Source of the DNA: Octopus bimaculoides
Taxonomy: Eukaryota
Assembly: GCF_001194135.2 (NCBI RefSeq)
Contig: NC_068981.1
Location: forward strand, 168,687,799 to 168,736,020
Length of the DNA stretch: 48,222 nucleotides
Direction of reading: 5' to 3'
Below the pieces are notes generated by a model. The model did no database searches and was not told the origin of the DNA. It saw nothing but the letters and a program-made list of their open reading frames with translations. Each line of letters begins with the position of its first letter. The stretch's first letter is position 1. The translations under genes and the position numbers were made by a program. Positions 11,425 to 22,854 of this stretch are shown here, piece after piece.

Positions 11425-11700
11425 AGAATTATGTACATTATTTACATTATTTACATTCAATGGATATATCCTCATCTTGTTTGTTGTTAACACAATGTTT
11501 CGGCTGATATACCCTCCAGCCTTCTTCAGGTGTCTTGGGGAAATTTCGAACTTGAGTCCTCATTCCTAAGGTATTTTCCAGTGTCATTATTATTATTATT
11601 ATTGTTCAGGTCACTGCTTGGAACCGAACTCGGAATCTTGGGGTTAGCAGCCCGTGCTCTTAACCACTACGCCATATGCCTGTGGACATATGTGTTTAAT
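11425..11700 (-). mobile_element. SINE family D: tRNA-like head + (TAA)n + tail with a hammerhead-like motif (11489-11534)
   Basis: Minus: GGCATATGGCGTAGTGGTTAAGAGCACGGGCTGCTAACCCCAAGATTCCGAGTTCGGTTCC head; tail gacac-CTGAAGA-A-GGCTG(gagggtatat)CAGCC-GAAA-CATT-gtgtt. Confidence 0.85.
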
Positions 11701-12219
11701 TTGTTTGGCTAAAACCTTTCAAGGCGATACCCCAGTGTAGCCACAATCCAATGACTGAAACAAGTAAAAAGATAAAAATTATTTATTTTATTTTATTTTA
11801 ACAACAATGTAATTGATTTTTGTTTTTATATATATTAGCTTCAGGTCAACTCTGATTGACTGCAAATATGATGAAAAGTATTCCAGTCATCACTCTTCTG
11901 TCTCTTTATTCAGATGTAGTTCATCTAAGTCTACCTCATCCAATGTGCCTTTCTTTTTTTTTTTAAATGGTAGGAAGTGATTCCTAGGGAAACTTTGCTG
12001 CTGCTTCTAGTAATCCAGTGACCACATAGAGGTTCCTCAACTGGTTTAATCAACCTAATGGTTTAGTTTTCTTGCCTAAGCTTTAGCAGTAATTCTAATA
12101 CACTGTTAATTTTTTCAATTGAATTGCTTACAGTCCTAAATTTGGATCCAGTTTCAGTCAGCCTCTTGTCTAATGCAGTTAATCAAGTCTTGTTCCTTCA
12201 GTACTAAATGAAGAGGTAC

Positions 12220-12515
12220 ATCATCATCATCATCATTGTTTAACGTCTGCTTTCCATGCTGGCATGGGTTGGACGATTTGACTGAGGACTGGCAAGCCAG
12301 ATGGCTGCACCAGACTCTGATCTGATCTGGCAGAGTTTCTACAGCTGGATGCCCTTCCTAACGCCAAACACTCCGAGAATATAGTGGGTGCTTTTGCATG
12401 CCACTGGCACGAGGGCCAGTCAGGCGGTACTGGCAACAACCATGCTCAAATGGTGTTTTTTACGTGCCACCTGCACTGTAGCCAGTCCAGCGGCACTGGC
12501 AACAACCTCGCTTGA
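12220..12515 (-). mobile_element. SINE family C
   Basis: (CAT)n then ...CTGGATGCCCTTCC... on +; homologous to 9036-9180 and 16948-17270. Confidence 0.85.
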
Positions 12516-12799
12516 ATATTTTTTTTTTTTTAATATATTTAAGCTATTATGTTTTATACATGCTGGGCTATTATGTTTTGTGTAGGCCAATTTATCCTAG
12601 TACAGAGCAAGTGCTAGCCAATTCTAATGATTTTTTGCAGTATCTGTTAATGATTTTAGGATTTCTATTCTGAAAAATCTAGTCTTTGTAAAAGCAGAAG
12701 TGAGAAAGATGTTCAAGTTGGTCATATTTAGCACTGCCTGCTTCCACAATTTGAGTATATGACTTATATCAAAGTTGCAAATTGGTGGAGTCTGTAGAG

Positions 12800-13137
12800 C
12801 AGTGGTTCTCAACCAGGGTCCATATGACTCCTGGTGGCCCATATGAAATTTTGTGGGTTCACACTATCAAAATAGTGAATTGGGGATCCACAGTGGTATT
12901 TTAAGGGTTCACGAAAAGGTTTGATTCAATTGTATTAATTGCAAGAAATAACCAAGTTTCTTTCACTAATGTTTTACATAGTTCAACCTATACAAGTGAA
13001 TGAGTAAATAACAAAATAGGAATTTTGGAAGAAGTAGCTATAAATTTAGTTTTTAAACATCAAATGGCTATGGGGGTCCACCAGAATAAAACAGTAAAGA
13101 AAGGGGTCCATAGATAAAAGCTGGTTGAGAACCATTG
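12800..13137. mobile_element. hAT (Charlie-like) MITE, 338 bp
   Basis: TIRs CAGTGGTTCTCAACC / GGTTGAGAACCATTG; 8-bp TSD ctgtagag / ctttagag (7/8). Confidence 0.9.
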
Positions 13138-14329
13138 CTTTAGAGTCTTGGATAGAATGCCTTGTGCTATTTGTTGCAACTCTATATGTGCTGAGTTCAA
13201 ATCCCATGAAAGTCAACTTAGTTTTTCATTCTTTCAGGGTTGATAATTTAAGTAAAACATTAAGATGGTGAATAGACGGAGGGGTTTCTTGGAGTATCTG
13301 TTCCAGCGCTTTATGTTTGATGGTAATTCCTGTGATTACACTGGTACCAATCTAAACTGGTTCTTGTTTTTCTCTGGAGCAACATTAGTGATGTGGAGAG
13401 GGAAGATTAATAAGAATGCGAGGCTGCTAGTCTTCCATAAGAAGGAAAAATATTTAAAAAAAACATAGCTTGCCTAGTGTTGCATTTTGGTGAAGAACAT
13501 TTTATATGCAGACCTATAGCCTCATGAAACTCATAATCCTCATCATTGTTATCAGCATCATTGTAGTTGGTTTAACGCTTTTGTTTTTATGCTTGTCTTG
13601 GCTGGATGTGCCTGCAAGGTAACTACTTATTTAGATCTATCTTAATACTATAACTTCAGTAATGTGAGGTCCAGGGTTCTTAGTTCTAACTGTACCACTT
13701 TCTCCACAGGCTTTTCTTGTTCTGTGTCTTCCACAGGTACCTTTTAAGAACTCAGCTAATCATTTAGGGAGTCTCTATAGGATCAAGCAACCTGCTAGAA
13801 GTAGAAGCCAAATCGCTCAAATCAAACTACACTTTCTCAAACAGGGGAGGATACATTGGATGATGTAGTGCCAGATACCCTTAAAAAAGATGGGATGGCC
13901 ACTGCTGAGATCCTTTTGATTACGGATGTACTCAATCAGATCTATACTGACCCATCTTGTGATGCATCTGTAAACTGGAGCTCATTGACTGTTTGTTGAC
14001 TAGTTTCTAGAGACATCATGTAAATTGATGACTTATGTAAAGCCCGTATAGCTTCCAGCTTATAATTCAGAATCTTACCATATCACTTAATTGTGATTAT
14101 CGCAATAAAAGGTATAGTGGCAGAATCAAAAGATTTGTGTTAATTTTGAAGAAATGTTAAGCTGGTGACAATAGTATATCAATCTTGTACTTATTAAAAA
14201 TGTCATCTTCATTACATTAGGATAACAATCTTTGTATGTTTAACATATTGAATTGATGTTGTTCATCTCAGGTTTGTCTTCATTGAACAAACCAATGATC
14301 AAAGATGTTTCAAATGAAAACATTTCTTC

Positions 14330-15175
14330 ATTATTTCATTCACACAGTGACATCCTACCAATGGCTGTTACGTCCATCTTTATCATCATATTGGCCATTT
14401 CTTTCACCCAGTGACCTCATACTATTCACTCTTATATTCATCAATGGCATTCTGCCTTTGGCTACTAAACTCTCCCAATGACATCATAACATTGGCTGTT
14501 ACAATTATTCCATATCATCATACAACTGGCTGTTGCATTCATCTATTGGCCTTATTCCATTGACGGTTCCATTCACATAACTATATTTTCACCTTTCAGT
14601 ATCATATCATTGAATATAGAAATATATTATACCATTCATCTATATCAATTCTACTGACATTTTGCTTGTGTTATATACCAATATATACCAGTAATATCTG
14701 TTTACACTTACTTAAAGATTCTTTCAATGGTTCATGCCATATTCACTCTACACATTATTCTTTGATGTATGTCACATACATTTTACATATATTGTATTGA
14801 ATACCTATAATTGACATAATCTCTCAATAGAGATAATACCAATTATCCATGTCGTATTCACTGTGCAAATATTATATTGACAATCTATGTCATCCTTTAC
14901 AGACAATGGTTTATGTCGCTTTACAAGCATTATAATGATCCATGTCACATTCACTTTTGATTACTCATTTTAAAGTCTACTGACATTGTACCACTAAGCT
15001 ACATGACATTATAACTGATCGGTTTCATACTCTTTCTATTGATGTATCAATGATCCGTTTTACTAATATTTCACAGATGCTATTCTGATGACACATATCA
15101 CACTCATACAACAAATATTTTACCAATCATTTATATCAAATGGTTCTACCCATGTGCTATATGTCCAGTGACCAC
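14330..15175. repeat. Degenerate cryptic tandem/low-complexity tract
   Basis: Recurrent motifs CCATGTC(G/A)(T/C)ATTCACT, TTGGCTGTTA and CAATG(G/A) at irregular spacing; no open frame. Confidence 0.5.
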
Positions 15176-15206
15176 ACACACACACACACTATATATATAT
15201 ATATAT

Positions 15207-15598
15207 TGTTACGAACGCCTGCACGCGAAGCACCCTCTTAACACCGAAGAGGGGACTCGCGCATGTGCGAATGTTCATACGCTCAGTGAGCTAGCAAAAT
15301 TCGTCTGTCGGTACAATCCTGACCGATAATAAAGCCCCGGCTGGAGCACGCAGCGAAGAACAACACAGGCAAATAGGATGGGGAGGAAGAAACAACACGA
15401 AGACCATGCGTTGGGTAACCTTTTCTTTTAGTCGTACATAACATCACAGAATACATTTAAAACATTAGAATAGAGCATTACATAATAACAATTCCAATAC
15501 ATGGCATGACAGTTCAATAACGTTGACCAAGTTTCCAAACAATTATAAGCTTTTCAATCATTTTTACATCGCAGAGTTCGTGTCTCAAGTTTCATTTG
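15207..15598. mobile_element. LTR-like segment (probable solo LTR or LTR end), runs into gap
   Basis: Starts TGTTACG immediately after (TA)n; CpG-rich in a CpG-poor intron; far end hidden by the 15599-16512 gap. Confidence 0.5.
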
Positions 15599-16723
15599 NN
15601 NNNNNNNNNNNNNNNNNNNNNNNNNNNNNNNNNNNNNNNNNNNNNNNNNNNNNNNNNNNNNNNNNNNNNNNNNNNNNNNNNNNNNNNNNNNNNNNNNNNN
15701 NNNNNNNNNNNNNNNNNNNNNNNNNNNNNNNNNNNNNNNNNNNNNNNNNNNNNNNNNNNNNNNNNNNNNNNNNNNNNNNNNNNNNNNNNNNNNNNNNNNN
15801 NNNNNNNNNNNNNNNNNNNNNNNNNNNNNNNNNNNNNNNNNNNNNNNNNNNNNNNNNNNNNNNNNNNNNNNNNNNNNNNNNNNNNNNNNNNNNNNNNNNN
15901 NNNNNNNNNNNNNNNNNNNNNNNNNNNNNNNNNNNNNNNNNNNNNNNNNNNNNNNNNNNNNNNNNNNNNNNNNNNNNNNNNNNNNNNNNNNNNNNNNNNN
16001 NNNNNNNNNNNNNNNNNNNNNNNNNNNNNNNNNNNNNNNNNNNNNNNNNNNNNNNNNNNNNNNNNNNNNNNNNNNNNNNNNNNNNNNNNNNNNNNNNNNN
16101 NNNNNNNNNNNNNNNNNNNNNNNNNNNNNNNNNNNNNNNNNNNNNNNNNNNNNNNNNNNNNNNNNNNNNNNNNNNNNNNNNNNNNNNNNNNNNNNNNNNN
16201 NNNNNNNNNNNNNNNNNNNNNNNNNNNNNNNNNNNNNNNNNNNNNNNNNNNNNNNNNNNNNNNNNNNNNNNNNNNNNNNNNNNNNNNNNNNNNNNNNNNN
16301 NNNNNNNNNNNNNNNNNNNNNNNNNNNNNNNNNNNNNNNNNNNNNNNNNNNNNNNNNNNNNNNNNNNNNNNNNNNNNNNNNNNNNNNNNNNNNNNNNNNN
16401 NNNNNNNNNNNNNNNNNNNNNNNNNNNNNNNNNNNNNNNNNNNNNNNNNNNNNNNNNNNNNNNNNNNNNNNNNNNNNNNNNNNNNNNNNNNNNNNNNNNN
16501 NNNNNNNNNNNNNTATATTTTATTATATGTATTTATTTTCTCTTAGTTAATAATTAACTCCGACAAAATAAATTGGTTAATAGATACCAGGGTAGTAAAG
16601 ATCACAAAATGATTGTGGTGTAACTCCTGTTTATGAGGTAGAAACTCCCTGTTATTTTGGTCAATTGTGTAAATATAAAAATTTAGTAAATGGAGTAATA
16701 CGCATATGTTAAATGAATTCTTT

Positions 16724-16815
16724 TATTTCCAACATATGTTTCGAAGATTACAAATGGTTCCTTCCAAAGGAATAGGTGATGTTGATAAAGATGTAATCTT
16801 CTCTTCAGGGAAATA
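16724..16815 (-). ncRNA. Type I hammerhead ribozyme motif with intact core and helices
   Basis: Minus: TATTTCC-CTGAAGA-GAAGATTACA-(39 nt)-TGTAATCTTC-GAAA-CATATG-TT-GGAAATA. Stem I 7/7 bp, stem II 10/10 bp with the G10.1-C11.1 pair, palindromic stem III ACATATGT, GUU cleavage triplet. Confidence 0.9.
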
Positions 16816-16880
16816 CATAGGAACCAGCTTAGCCGTAAGACATTTTAACCCCATATATACACATAGATATATATGCATGC

Positions 16881-16913
<33 letters not shown>

Positions 16914-16947
16914 CACATACTTTATATTTATTTATGTATGTATGTAT

Positions 16948-17276
16948 ATCATCATTATTTAACATCTGCTTTCCATGCTGGCATGGATTGCATGGTTTGA
17001 CTGATGACTGGCAAGCCAGGTGGCTGCACCAGGCTCCAATCTGATCTGGCAAAATTTATACAGCTGGATGCCCTTCCTAACGCCAACCACTCCGAGAGTG
17101 TAGTGGGTGCTTCTTATGTGCCACCGGCACTGGAGCCAGTCAGGTAACACTGGCATTCACCACACTCATATGGTGCTTTTTACGTACCACCGGTATAGGA
17201 GCCAGTTCAGCAGCACTGACATTGACCACATTCAGTTAGTGCTTTTTACGTGTCTCTGGCACAGGTGTGCCATCTA

Positions 17277-17309
<33 letters not shown>

Positions 17310-17460
17310 TTATATATACACACACACTCCACAAAGTAGTTGTTGTTAGGAAGTGCATCCAGTGTAAAAACCCGGCCAAATCAGACACAGTAGCCTGGGG
17401 TAGTCTTCTACTTGGGAAATCCATGTCTGCATGGAAAGTGGACGTTAAATGATGATGATA
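16948..17460. mobile_element. Two SINE family C copies in inverted orientation (16948-17270 minus; 17340-17460 plus)
   Basis: CTGGATGCCCTTCC in the first; AGGAAGTGCATCCAGTG...GACGTTAAATGATGATG in the second. Confidence 0.8.
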
Positions 17461-17667
17461 GAATCTTTTACTAGTTCTAGCTTAGCCAATGAGCTATTGC
17501 CATGGTAGGATTGCCTTCAAAATGCTTATGCTTGTACTCATGGTGGAAATTGAACCAAATCTGACTGAAGTGAAATTCAGGACTCTTAAGCAGAATGTGA
17601 ACCATAATTATTCAGAGATATTCCAGAGGTTTTTGTTTTGCTTTTATCATTCTCTTTCTCTTTGTAG

Positions 17668-17794
17668 GTAACCACTTGCACCGTTATTCAAAAGTTCTGG
17701 AGGGACACTTAGGCAATCCCAAACCTCGACCTCTGCCACCTTGCCCTCATCAAAGCTGGGCAGCTCCACACCTCCTGAACATATCAGCCCCTTC
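17668..17794 (+). CDS. MBTPS1: Membrane-bound transcription factor site-1 protease, penultimate coding exon
   Basis: tttgtAG acceptor, GTAAGT donor at 17795, 127 nt (phase 1 in, phase 2 out). Reads (G)[41 protein letters not shown](S), closely matching the human S1P segment [27 protein letters not shown] as I recall it. Confidence 0.95.
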
Positions 17795-17815
17795 GTAAGT
17801 TTTATTTTTGCAGTC

Positions 17816-17859
<44 letters not shown>

Positions 17860-18099
17860 TGTCTGTTAGAAAAACATTATTGATACACATGCAGCAACAT
17901 CTTCATATTCTGGTTGAAAAACACACACATTATCCTGTATTTTCTGACATAGAAGTTGAATTTTTCAGACCAAAATTTATAGTGAAAACATGCAGGTTGA
18001 TTTATATACCAAGATGACTTGGAGAATCAAATATTTCATGTGAAATACAGTAGGATTTGGAACGACTGTGATGGCGTTTGAATGTTTACACTATGAAGG

Positions 18100-18350
18100 C
18101 CAAATGGTTAGGATAGTTGGCTCAAGATCATATGATTGCAAGTTCAATATCTGGTGGCGTGTTGTGCTCTTGAACAAAGCTGGCAAAAATGAGTAGCACC
18201 TGTATTTCAAAGAGCCAGCCTTGTCACACACTGTGTCACGCTGAATCTTCCTGAGTACATTAAGTGTACTCGTTAATTTCACAAGCAGGCTGTTCCATTG
18301 ATTGTACCAACTGGAACCCTCATCATTGTAACTGACAGAGTGCCAGTTAT
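18100..18350 (+). mobile_element. SINE family E in the last MBTPS1 intron
   Basis: GCTGGCAAAAATGAGTAGCACCTGTATTTCAAAGAGCCAGCC...GTTAATTTCACAAGCAGGCTGTTCC, homologous to the minus copy at 24010-24320. Confidence 0.8.
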
Positions 18351-18721
18351 ATGCTGTGTTGATTTGAAAGCTGAAAAATATGGTCAACACACACACAGAG
18401 TGATAGGTTGCTTCATAGTTTCCCCTTACCAAATTCTACTTAGACAGTATCAGTCAAACTGAGGCAATGATAGAATCTACTTGCCCAAGCTACCAAAAAT
18501 TGTATGAATGCAAAGCTTCCTAGCTACACAACCATGCTTACACCTGTATATAAATTCATGTATATTTTTGGGATGAAATTTTTAAAGATGAATTTATTTT
18601 TAGAAACTCTTTATTAAGGTATTGTTTCAATTGGGTTTTGTGGTATCTGGAAAGATATTCTTTCTCTTTCAAAAAATTCATTTTCGTGTTTTGAATTAAC
18701 TTTAACTTCTTTTATTTGCAG

Positions 18722-19025
18722 GAATCTGTTCCAGCAACCAAAACTATTGTCAGTTGACATTGGCCAGCAATCTAATTGGCGAAATGCACACCACTTCCCA
18801 ATGAAGATTCCTGATAAAGCAATCCCTGTCATTGAAACACGAAAAGACTTTCCTATAACTTATGATGGGTTAAGTTTCTATCCCCTGTTTGCACTTGTAA
18901 CCACTCTGCTTGTCTTAATGTTTCTCATCAATCAATATTGCAAACACAAACCTCGACCAAAGAAGAAGAAGTCTTTTGTACGAAAGGTGCAACATATACT
19001 GTTGAATCGAGTTCCCAGTGTCTGA
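18722..19025 (+). CDS. MBTPS1: Site-1 protease terminal coding exon (TM helix + basic cytosolic tail)
   Basis: tttgcAG acceptor; in frame with the previous exon (TC|G = Ser). Reads NLFQQPKLLSVDIG...LSFYPLFALVTTLLVLMFLIN-QYCKHKPRPKKKK...NRVPSV*; the human protein has NLWKHQKLLSID and ends PSV. Confidence 0.95.
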
Positions 19026-19549
19026 TACTGTGATCACAACCAGTGATGTTTTTTTTGTAGGTTCAAATTCTTGTTCTGTTGAATAACGCAAAATATCAAA
19101 GAGAAAGTCAAGTGAAAGAAGACAACTGTTGAAAAAAAAAAGGAGAGAGAAAAACAAGCAATGTAATTTCTATGACTCTTTTGGAACTAGAACTGCTGGC
19201 AGTATCTCCAGAATTCCGTTGACATGAAAGTGGCTAATTCTAAAATCGTTGGTGTTTCTTTTATCAGAAACTTTACTACCACCCCCAAAACAACCCTACC
19301 ATTTTATTTTCATTCGCCCAAATATATTGATTCTAATTACAAATGGAGTAATAACATTTATATAATATATATTTATGTGTTTATTTATATATATGTGTAT
19401 GTATTTGTTTATGTATGTATTCATGAGTATGTATTCATTCACGTACATATATATTTTTATACACACATATGCCTATATGTATGTTATTTGCATTTGTGTA
19501 TGCATGTGTGTACTGGCCATGCTAGCACTACCATTATTATTGCTGCAGT

Positions 19550-21300
19550 TAATGATTTTGGTCTGCTGGAGTCTTGTGAATGAGTGTGTTTTGATGTGAC
19601 TGAACTCCTAAGATGTTGTTGGTTCAGCTGAAGTCTTCTTATACAGTGGAGTTTGAAAGTATTGGCATGTAATGTCATACAGATGAGCTTTGATGGAGGA
19701 AGTTAAACTGCTGAGATCCTGTGATACCTAATCTTCAGCTGGAAGTATAAGGACATCATTTCTGCCATTTTGCAGAAGCTTAGAGACCAAGATTTTCTGT
19801 CACTTTCAATGGTATAATTTTACACGAGTGCTAATATTTTCCAGACATAAACACAGTTTTATTTTTATCCTTCTTCATACTATAAAGTAGAAGACTTCAA
19901 ATATTTCACTTTATTTCAATAGTTTTGCTAGTTGATTAGAACAACCTTCTTTATGAAGTATAACTGCTTCCTTCTATATTTGTTACTTTAGAAGGTAGTC
20001 AGATCTAGGTGCAATAGTTCCAATCAGCTAAGAACAGGACTCTTGGATACAATACAACCTTCTGTTTCCTTGTTTGTTATCTAGATCCATCTTGTTAATC
20101 ATTTGAAGATAATCTGTTACAAACAGGAGTATAAAATGTTGCATCATTACACAAATACACAGGTTTAATAATTTTCCAGATTCTGGGAATGCAATTTTTT
20201 GAGGCCCTTTGTATTTGGCCTTATGCATTCAGACTAACTTTGCCTGCAACATTCTCAAGGGATGTTAACAACTCTTGCTCATCACTCAGCTGATCAGCTG
20301 TGAAAACAAAATCATCAACTTCTGCTTGATGGTGAAACTTTTGTTTTGTACGGGGCCAAAATGTTACTTAAAGATGTATTCCACTACAGTCACAAGGAGA
20401 AAAGGAGATAGACTGTCTTCCTGAAGGATTCCTGCTGCTATTCAAAACTCATACGTTGGACTATTTGTGCTTTGCATAAAGCTTGATAGATTTTCATATG
20501 CGAATAGTATAACTCCCACAATCTCATCTCTGATAATATAGATCAACAGGATATATAATATGGCCTTTGTGTTGACACTGTCAAATGTCTTGAAGAAATC
20601 CATAAATACAATTGTTGCTTTCTGCTTGAAGATTCTCAGTTCTATATTCTTCTAAAGGTAAGGATCTTTTGTAGTGTTGATCTACCTTTTTGGAAGCCAT
20701 TTTGGTTCTGCCTCTTTGGATGGGATCAGTGTGGGGTAATATTCTATTAAAAAGCATCAAGTTGTAGATTTCTGAGGCTAAAGACGAGTGTAATTCACAA
20801 GAAGTTTTGAAGCAGATGAGAATCACTTTTCTTTGAAAGTGAAATAATCGAAGACTTTGGGAAGGTTGTTGATCTATTTACTTTTCAGGTCTCATTACAG
20901 AAGTCCAACAGATATTTATAGAATAGTGGACTCTTCTAGATAATTCCTGTGATGTTATCTGGACCTGATGTATCACTGTTGTTTTAACTTCCTATAGTGG
21001 GTGGGCTAATTTGGATTGGTTGGCTATCTGCTACTTTGTGTTTGAAGAAAGGATCATTACCATGTTTAGTATTGCATAACTTTGTTATGGAATAAGCCAC
21101 CAGTAAAAAAAAAAGTTACTTTATATTTATTCTTCCCAAATTACCATGAATAAAGTCCTGCCAAAGTCAAGAACCTCAGCATATTTTACCACTGAACTCC
21201 AGGTACCTATCCTAATCAATCAAGAAAGAAATGTATCCACATGTCATATTGCCACATTCTTACTCCAGTATGAAGAAATATTTCATGTTGCATTATCGAT
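19550..21300 (-). mobile_element. Degenerate RTE-clade LINE ORF2 (RT), antisense just downstream of the MBTPS1 stop
   Basis: Frameshifted minus-strand peptides in the expected order: SGPDNIT, SSIISLSKKSD, SEIYNLMLFNRILP, QNGFQKGRST, IVFMDFFKTFDSVN, AGILQEDSLSPFL, EVDDFVF. Outer boundaries approximate. Confidence 0.85.
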
Positions 21301-22854
21301 CTAGTATCTGAAATCCAAATATTGGAAATGTATCATATGATGATTGCAATGAAGAAGGATCCTGCTTACATATGGATGTGAAGCTATTGTTTTGAAATAT
21401 AGCTTAAGTAAAAGTTGTTGTCTTCCAAAATGACGAACCTGAGGTAAAATTTTAGACAAGATAACAAAGTGGATAGTGATAATAGTGTAGTTCTAAAGAT
21501 GGAACTGCACTGACTTCTAGTTTATCTCATTTTAAACATTTTAGAGCACTTTGATTTCTTTTTCATAAAGCCTTGCATTAACATTTGGTGCACTTTCATT
21601 TCTTTTACCATTTTTGGTTCCAGGGAATAGTAAGCAAATGACAGGATTTTAGAATACTATGATTCAAAATCAGGTGGACTGAAATTAGTAAAATGTCAAT
21701 TTTTTTTTCTTGCAAATTTAGAGACATATCAGATATTGCAAAGTAACTGTTGAAAGGGTTAAGATCTTTTTTAAAATGACATTGAAAAGATATTCAATAG
21801 CTTCTTACTGTATGGGCCTTCAAAGAATTCTCAGAAGTGAACCAGATTTCATGAGGGGTAAGTTCCTTGGTGAGTGAACACATGAAAGTAGTTGGTAGGA
21901 CAAGAATACAAGAGTGATGGTTGTGTGTGTATGTGTGTTATATGCATACATACATAGATACATATATCTATGTATTTATATATATATATATATATATCGT
22001 AGTTATGTGTGGACATATATATATACATATAATCTTAGAAGACAATATGTCACAATGCATTTGCAGTACCAGTGCTGATTCCAACATTTGGGATACTTGA
22101 CTGGTCTGTAGAAGAAATCCTTTCCATAGACATGAAAACATACAAGATACTGACATCAGCTAGACAATTCCACAAAAATGGTGATATCAATAAGCTCTGC
22201 TGAAGAAGAGATAAATGCAGATAGCCTTTGACTGTCGTATCGTCTCTCTCTCAGTTCTTGTAAATATCTAAGTGACAATCTGGATAAGCTAAGATTTTCA
22301 GAAAAATAAATCAGCCAGTTAACTTACACATTACAAATACAATCTGTAAGTGGAACAGTAAAAATCTGCAAGACTATTCTCATGTTTAAAATGTGACATT
22401 GTTTTTGTTATCTACGGTAGAGCTTTGTAACTTTGTTAGAAACCAGTTCCTTCCTCAGAGAATTTGAATAATTGAAAACAGAAGAGAACCTACCTACCTA
22501 CATATATACATATAATATACAATCACTCAAGTGTAAAACAAGGTGCAAAAAAATAGTTCTTGAATACCAAAAGTAGAATAAAATAATGTCTTATAGAAAC
22601 TGAAAAGATTTCATAAACTGTTACTCATAGTTTCACGTCACCGGCCACCAGAAATTACGAGTGTTTAGAAAAATACTCAGGACTATCTAACGATCAGTCA
22701 TGTGATACTGAGTTACAGTTCGTGAAGTCTTTACTACTTCAAAACACACACACACAAAATATACATTCCTGTATTTCTATACATACATAGATGTATACAT
22801 ACAAATATACATATAATGAAGACATAGGGCTTTTTGCACGCGGAAAGGGAAAGC

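Noticed and set aside
13424-13436. 11-nt match to the 5' end of miR-7 on the minus strand
   Set aside because: The match does not extend and there is no precursor hairpin; chance.
15523-16557. Long ORFs in the track (also 3159-3634, 7720-8157, 23573-23954, 27231-27861, 29545-30672, 32855-33614, 43458-43943)
   Set aside because: They are open only because they run through N gaps (X residues).
19014-19025. MBTPS1 C-terminal VPSV as a class I PDZ ligand
   Set aside because: Position -2 is Pro, not Ser/Thr; only the PSV similarity to human is supportable.
22675-22735. CTAACGA-TCAGT..ACTGA-GTTA as another hammerhead
   Set aside because: No GAAA, no G10.1-C11.1 pair and weak stem I; too degenerate to call.
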